A stretch of 41,107 nucleotides of DNA. Origin: a virus (Duplodnaviria > Caudoviricetes). The stretch is from positions 1 to 41,107 of IMG/VR virus record IMGVR_UViG_3300012878_000052; one strand, given 5' to 3'. The notes beneath the pieces are model-generated. The model worked only from the letters and a program-made list of their open reading frames with translations. It searched no databases and was not told the origin of the DNA. Both the position numbers and the translations under genes were made by a program. How positions within the stretch are numbered: position 1 is the stretch's first letter; each line of letters starts with the position of its first letter. This document shows, piece after piece, positions 36,780 through 41,107 of this stretch.

Positions 36780-36997
36780 TGCAAGAGGTCGTGCCCTTCT
36801 CTGCCCTGCAGCGGCTGTGCCGGCCTGCAGGTCCGGTACCGAGGGTCTCCACGGTCTGCCGTTGGGCAGACCGTGAGGGAATCCGGTACAAGTACGACGC
36901 GCAGGGCGGCATATGGACCACCGGGGCGGCGCTCAACGCCGCTCTCGGGCTGGGCAGTGCTGGCCCTGAGATGGAACGTGAAGAGGATTTGATCTGA
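36779..36997 (+). CDS. Putative excisionase-like small DNA-binding protein
   Basis: 72 aa, VCRWADREGIRY wHTH-like segment, coupled to the integrase start. Confidence 0.65.
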   Translation: MQEVVPFSALQRLCRPAGPVPRVSTVCRWADREGIRYKYDAQGGIWTTGAALNAALGLGSAGPEMEREEDLI

Positions 36998-38184
36998 TGG
37001 GTGTCGGCAGGAAGCGCAAGTTCAACCCGGATATTCCGGCGCATATCGACCAGCTCGCGCTGCCGCGCGGGATCTACTGGCACGACGGCCGCTGGTTCAT
37101 CTACACACCGCACGCTGAGGGTGGGCGACGTGTTCGAAAGACTGTCGCCTACCGAAGCGCGAGGCTTTCGGATCTGCACGCCATCGTTGAAGCCCAGGTC
37201 AACGGGCATCAGCGAGGCACCTTGCGCTACCTGTTCGACCGCTTCCACGAATCCATGGAATTCAAAGAGCTGACCATCGGCACCCAAGCTGACTACCGGC
37301 GCTACGCTGACGCGTTGTCAGCCTACGTTCGCCGAGATGGCAGCAGTCTGGGCGACGTGCAGGTCGAACGGATCACCACACCGGTGGTGCAACGTCTGGT
37401 CGAGGTGTTCGCGATGGGGCGGCCAGCCAATCGCCAACAACCGTCGCTGCCCGCGACACCCAGCAAGGCCAATCACCAGTTCCGCTATCTGCGCCGCACG
37501 CTCGCGTGGGGCGTCCGCAACGGACACTGCACCCACAACCCGGCCGCCGGCGTTCGACAGGCCAAAGAGGCCAAGCAACACCGCATGCCGACGCCAGATG
37601 CCTACGACGTTGTCCTGGCGTTCGCACGAGCGCGCGGCGCGTTTCCATCGCACACGAAGGGCAGCTGCCCTGCATACATCGCCCCGGTCATGGTGCTGGC
37701 CTACAGTGCGCGACTGCGTGGCATCGAGGTATGCACACTGACGGACGCCCACCGGCTACAGGAGGGCGTCCATGGCCAACGCAGGAAGGGATCACGCGAT
37801 TCCGTGACCGAGTGGGATGACGCGATGACTGACGCTTGGGAAGAACTGGCCGCGCGTCGCAGCGCGATATGGAATCGCGAGGGCCGGAACTTCGCAGTGC
37901 CGCTGAGGCCCGAGCATCGCGTTCTACTGGTCGAGCAGACGGGCAACCCGATGGCAAAGTCGTCGCTGGAAAGCGCCTGGCAGCGCTTCATCACCATGGC
38001 CATGCGCGAGGGTGTCATCGAGAAACAGGATCGCTTCTCGCTCCATGGCCTGAAGCACCGAGGCGTCACGGATACCGTAGGCAACCGCGGCGACAAGCAG
38101 GATGCGGCGGGCCATCAGTCGCCCACGACGACAGGGCGCTACGACCACGCTCTGCCCGTCGTGAAACCTCCACGACGCCGCTAA
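36997..38184 (+). CDS. int: Tyrosine integrase
   Basis: ARLRGIE (Arg I), RKGS, FSLHGLKH, AAGH, RYDH (catalytic Tyr). Ends next to att. Confidence 0.93.
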   Translation: MGVGRKRKFNPDIPAHIDQLALPRGIYWHDGRWFIYTPHAEGGRRVRKTVAYRSARLSDLHAIVEAQVNGHQRGTLRYLFDRFHESMEFKELTIGTQADYRRYADALSAYVRRDGSSLGDVQVERITTPVVQRLVEVFAMGRPANRQQPSLPATPSKANHQFRYLRRTLAWGVRNGHCTHNPAAGVRQAKEAKQHRMPTPDAYDVVLAFARARGAFPSHTKGSCPAYIAPVMVLAYSARLRGIEVCTLTDAHRLQEGVHGQRRKGSRDSVTEWDDAMTDAWEELAARRSAIWNREGRNFAVPLRPEHRVLLVEQTGNPMAKSSLESAWQRFITMAMREGVIEKQDRFSLHGLKHRGVTDTVGNRGDKQDAAGHQSPTTTGRYDHALPVVKPPRRR

Positions 38185-38213
38185 TTTTTCCGGTCATTGT
38201 TCCGCTAGCTCTT

Positions 38214-38253
38214 ATCAGGCACTTCGGGGAAACCCTAAGTGCCTGATTTCTTT
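38214..38253 (+). terminator. Hairpin/terminator between int and the tRNA 3' end
   Basis: ATCAGGCACTT...AAGTGCCTGAT followed by TTCTTT. Confidence 0.65.
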
Positions 38254-38328
38254 GGTGGGCCCAGAAGGATTCGAACCTTCAACCAAAGGATTATGAGTCC
38301 TCTGCTCTAACCGTTGAGCTATAGGCCC
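38253..38328 (-). tRNA. ileX: tRNA-Ile2 (CAT anticodon, lysidine-modified); tRNA-Met not fully excluded
   Basis: 76-nt cloverleaf GGGCCTA...CTCATAA...TTCGAAT...TGGGCCCACCA. C4-G69/C5-G68 TilS determinants. Location near rpoD as for E. coli ileX. Confidence 0.9.
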
Positions 38329-38385
38329 TTGCGGCTGCACAGTGTAGTGGAGCCCCCTGCACGCTTTCCACTGCACACCCAAACA

Positions 38386-39786
38386 TCATCCAAAACGCTG
38401 CCCCATCGCCTGCACCCGGCGTGCATTCTCCGCCGCCAGCTCGCGCAGTACCGCCGAGCGCAGCAGCGTCGATCCCGCCACGCGCTGCCAATAATCCGCT
38501 GCCAGCGGTGCCGCCCACTGCAGGTACGCAAGCTGGCCGCTGCGCTCCGGGGCGACGGACGCCAGCGGCGTGGGCGCGCGCAGTACCCCGGTGCGCGAAG
38601 GCGCCAGTGACATCGGCAGCATGTCGTAGACCGGTGCCAGCGCCAGCGGGCCGCGATCGACCAGGTGAAAGCCGAGATTGCCCTGATGCATGTCGCTGTT
38701 GCCGATAAGCCGGCCAAACGCGTGCAGTCTGCCCATGGTGGCCTGCGCGTCGCGATCTACCCAGCCCTGCGACAGCAGCGCGTCGCCTGACGTTCCCCAG
38801 TCCAGGATCGCATCGCCCACGAAGGCCGATGACAACGCCAGTAACGAGACGAAACCACGCCTCCCGAGCACGTCGACGGTGCGGTCGAAGCGCTGCACCT
38901 CCAGGAAGGTATGCGTGTCGGTCTGGAGGATCTCCGAGGCTGCCGCCTGCATGCCGGCGTCGCGCAGGCACTGCAGGGCCAGGTGCTCGCAGACCAGCAG
39001 GTCCGCCCAGCGCTCTGCGGCCTGCCCTGCGGTGGGCTGCGCGAACTTGACCAGCGCCGCGTAGCGGCCACCGTCATGCTCCACCGTGGCGGTGAACTTC
39101 GGTTGCTCGCCACCGGGCGACGAGCCGACGTCTTCGCCTTCCAGTGCAGTCGCGGCACGCTCGGGATAGCGGCGTGCACGTTCCCCCGCCGGAACCCGGT
39201 CACCGGGCGCGTCCAGCCCGCGCAGCGCCATCTGCACCGCATCGCCGCCGAGCAGGAGGTCACCGATTTCAGTTCCGCCTGCACGGACGAGTGCCTGTAG
39301 GGTATCGGCCAGCTGCCATCGGTTGAGGTCGTCGGGAACGCCCAGATCCCGGCCGCGACGATGCGCGAAGGTGCGACCGAGAAATCCCTGCGGACGCAGG
39401 TCGTCCAGGTACCACGGCAGCCCCGGGAAGTGGCCTTCGACCGTCTCGTCCGGCGAACGGGTCAGATTCGGGCGCGCGGCGTTGACCGCGACGTGGAAGG
39501 TGTCGCCCGTGAGTGCCACGACCGTGCCCAGCTCTTCGAGGCTGGCATCGGGCCGCAGCCGGAACAGCGGCCATTCGCTGCCCGCTGCGGTGTACTGCCG
39601 GACCGCATAGGCCGTGGCGCGGGTGCGGCCAATCCGGACGATGCGCTCCCCCGCCTCGGCCACAAGACGACTCAAGGTTGTGCGGGTGACCCCGAGGCGA
39701 TCGATGAGATCGGCCGCGGACACCACCTCCCCGGCAGGCAGGCTGTCGAACAGCGTCTGGAGCTGAAGCGTGCGGGGACGGGCCAT
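38386..39786 (-). CDS. yjjJ: HipA-family Ser/Thr kinase toxin, YjjJ-like (host)
   Basis: N-terminal HTH, DLRPQGFLGR, SSPGGEQPKF, GNSDMHQGN, LAPVYDMLPM. Confidence 0.9.
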   Translation of the reverse strand: MARPRTLQLQTLFDSLPAGEVVSAADLIDRLGVTRTTLSRLVAEAGERIVRIGRTRATAYAVRQYTAAGSEWPLFRLRPDASLEELGTVVALTGDTFHVAVNAARPNLTRSPDETVEGHFPGLPWYLDDLRPQGFLGRTFAHRRGRDLGVPDDLNRWQLADTLQALVRAGGTEIGDLLLGGDAVQMALRGLDAPGDRVPAGERARRYPERAATALEGEDVGSSPGGEQPKFTATVEHDGGRYAALVKFAQPTAGQAAERWADLLVCEHLALQCLRDAGMQAAASEILQTDTHTFLEVQRFDRTVDVLGRRGFVSLLALSSAFVGDAILDWGTSGDALLSQGWVDRDAQATMGRLHAFGRLIGNSDMHQGNLGFHLVDRGPLALAPVYDMLPMSLAPSRTGVLRAPTPLASVAPERSGQLAYLQWAAPLAADYWQRVAGSTLLRSAVLRELAAENARRVQAMGQRFG

Positions 39787-39953
39787 GACCTGGGTTTTGA
39801 GACGAATTAAGTTACGAATCTATACGCCAACTTCTGGTCGATCGCAAGCCACATCAATTCATAACTAATTGATTGATATATGTTCAATCCCAGCGTAGGC
39901 GTACAGAACCCCGAAATTAAGGTACGAAACGAGAAACGTAATATCAGCTCGAC

Positions 39954-40628
39954 CTACCGGTCTTCCAGCCGCTTCATCAGCCGCTCCAGCCGCTCCTCAA
40001 CCGCCCGGCTGCCGTAAACGCCCCGCAGGCTGTCGGCCGGGGTGGCGCACTGCCCGTTGTCGGTCACCACCAAACTCGAGCCCTGCAGCGAGGCTCGCGC
40101 CTCGCAGGGCGCCTCACCCAGGAACAGTTCTTCACCCATCGGCTCGGCGCTGCCAATCAGCCTGCCGGCGCCCTTGCCACCCGGTGGCAGCATGCTCATC
40201 TGCAGCGTGCGTCCCTCGGACCGGATCTCCAGCACGCGACCACCGCGCCCGTCCCAATACCCCAGCCAGCTGGTGAAGTCGGTTTCGGCCATGTGCCCGG
40301 TCTTCATGACACGCTCGGCTGGCGCCCAGCCCGCCACGTCCTTGCCAGGGGGAAGCACCTGCACGCAGTAGTAGTCGTTCCAGCGGCTGCCGATCACCAG
40401 GCTGCTGCCCGGTTCGACGTCATCGCCGCTGCGGCAGCCGTCCTGCGGCGTGTCCAGGCAGCCGGGGCGCTCCCCGACCAGCGCAACGTTGCCGGCATCC
40501 ACGACGCGGCCGACCGTGAGGTCGGGTTGGGTCTGGAAGAAATCCGCTGCGTTGCAGGTAGGCTGCCGAGGCTCCGCGGCCAGCGCGGCGAAGGGGCACA
40601 GAGCAAGGACAAGCACGCTTTTTTTCAT
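39954..40628 (-). CDS. Hypothetical exported protein (host)
   Basis: MKKSVLVLALCPFAALA signal peptide, paired cysteines. Confidence 0.75.
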   Translation of the reverse strand: MKKSVLVLALCPFAALAAEPRQPTCNAADFFQTQPDLTVGRVVDAGNVALVGERPGCLDTPQDGCRSGDDVEPGSSLVIGSRWNDYYCVQVLPPGKDVAGWAPAERVMKTGHMAETDFTSWLGYWDGRGGRVLEIRSEGRTLQMSMLPPGGKGAGRLIGSAEPMGEELFLGEAPCEARASLQGSSLVVTDNGQCATPADSLRGVYGSRAVEERLERLMKRLEDR

Positions 40629-40720
40629 CGTCATTCCATTGATCCACAGGTGTAAAGCGACGCGCATCCTACCGCATCCGCATGCGGGCCCGCTGCGCAC
40701 GCGGCGACACCTGCCGCCCC

Positions 40721-40750
40721 AAAAAACAAACCCCGCTTGCGCGGGGTCTG
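40721..40750 (-). terminator. rpoD terminator
   Basis: ACCCCGC...GCGGGGT stem followed by TTGTTTTTT on the minus strand. Confidence 0.75.
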
Positions 40751-40780
40751 TCGGATTTCAACGCGAACTGCCGGGATCGA

Positions 40781-41107
40781 TCAATCGATATCCAGGAAGC
40801 TGCGCAGCTGCTCGGACCGGCTCGGGTGACGCAGCTTGCGCAGCGCCTTGGCTTCGATCTGGCGGATACGCTCGCGGGTGACGTCGAACTGCTTGCCCAC
40901 TTCCTCGAGGGTGTGGTCGGTGTTCATGTCGATGCCGAAGCGCATGCGCAGCACCTTGGCTTCCCTCGGGGTGAGGCCAGCCAGCACGTCGCGCACGGTT
41001 TCAGACAAGTTGATGTTGGTGGTGTTCTCGATCGGGGACTCCACGTTGGTGTCCTCGATGAAGTCGCCCAGATGCGAATCCTCGTCGTCGCCGATCGGGG
41101 TTTCCAT
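40781..41107 (-). CDS. rpoD: RNA polymerase sigma-70 factor, 3' part (truncated by window)
   Basis: [64 protein letters not shown]. Confidence 0.98.
   Translation of the reverse strand: METPIGDDEDSHLGDFIEDTNVESPIENTTNINLSETVRDVLAGLTPREAKVLRMRFGIDMNTDHTLEEVGKQFDVTRERIRQIEAKALRKLRHPSRSEQLRSFLDID

Larger units (their letters stand above)
409..38297. mobile_element. P2-like temperate prophage, apparently complete, integrated in tRNA-Ile2(CAT)
   Basis: 45-bp near-identical direct repeats (409-453 and 38253-38297) matching the tRNA 3' half. Contains a full P2-type head/tail/lysis set, cos, repressor, primase-helicase and an integrase next to the right att. No obvious broken core gene. Confidence 0.96.

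Noticed and set aside
38041-38060. Integrase inactivated by HxxK instead of HxxR
   Set aside because: Other catalytic residues and the frame are intact, and Lys at this position occurs in some phage integrases. No evidence of decay.

Overview
Nearly the whole window (409-38297, about 37.8 kb att to att) is an apparently intact P2-like (Peduoviridae, phiCTX/phiRSA1/Smp131-type) temperate prophage. It is integrated in the 3' half of a tRNA-Ile2(CAT) gene just downstream of rpoD, in a Xanthomonadaceae host (probably Stenotrophomonas, judged from gene content only). Left to right: displaced tRNA fragment (att), candidate iteron origin, P2-type cos, a moron, com plus an adenine/N4 methyltransferase, portal and terminase, head, lysis and tail genes (with an extra SGNH-esterase and a LamG-like adhesin), a lower-GC immunity-linked cassette, the repressor/early switch with ogr, a c4-type antisense RNA, a P4-alpha-like primase-helicase, a repeat-containing C5 methyltransferase, xis-like and int, and the restored tRNA. 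Host genes follow: yjjJ-like HipA kinase, a secreted hypothetical and the rpoD 3' end. The most unusual signal is an 18-residue beta-arch/amyloid-like motif shared by the repressor C-terminus and the N-terminus of the small membrane protein encoded directly downstream. This suggests a repressor-coupled homotypic signalling or defence module (inference, untested). All calls come from reading the sequence; no searches were run.
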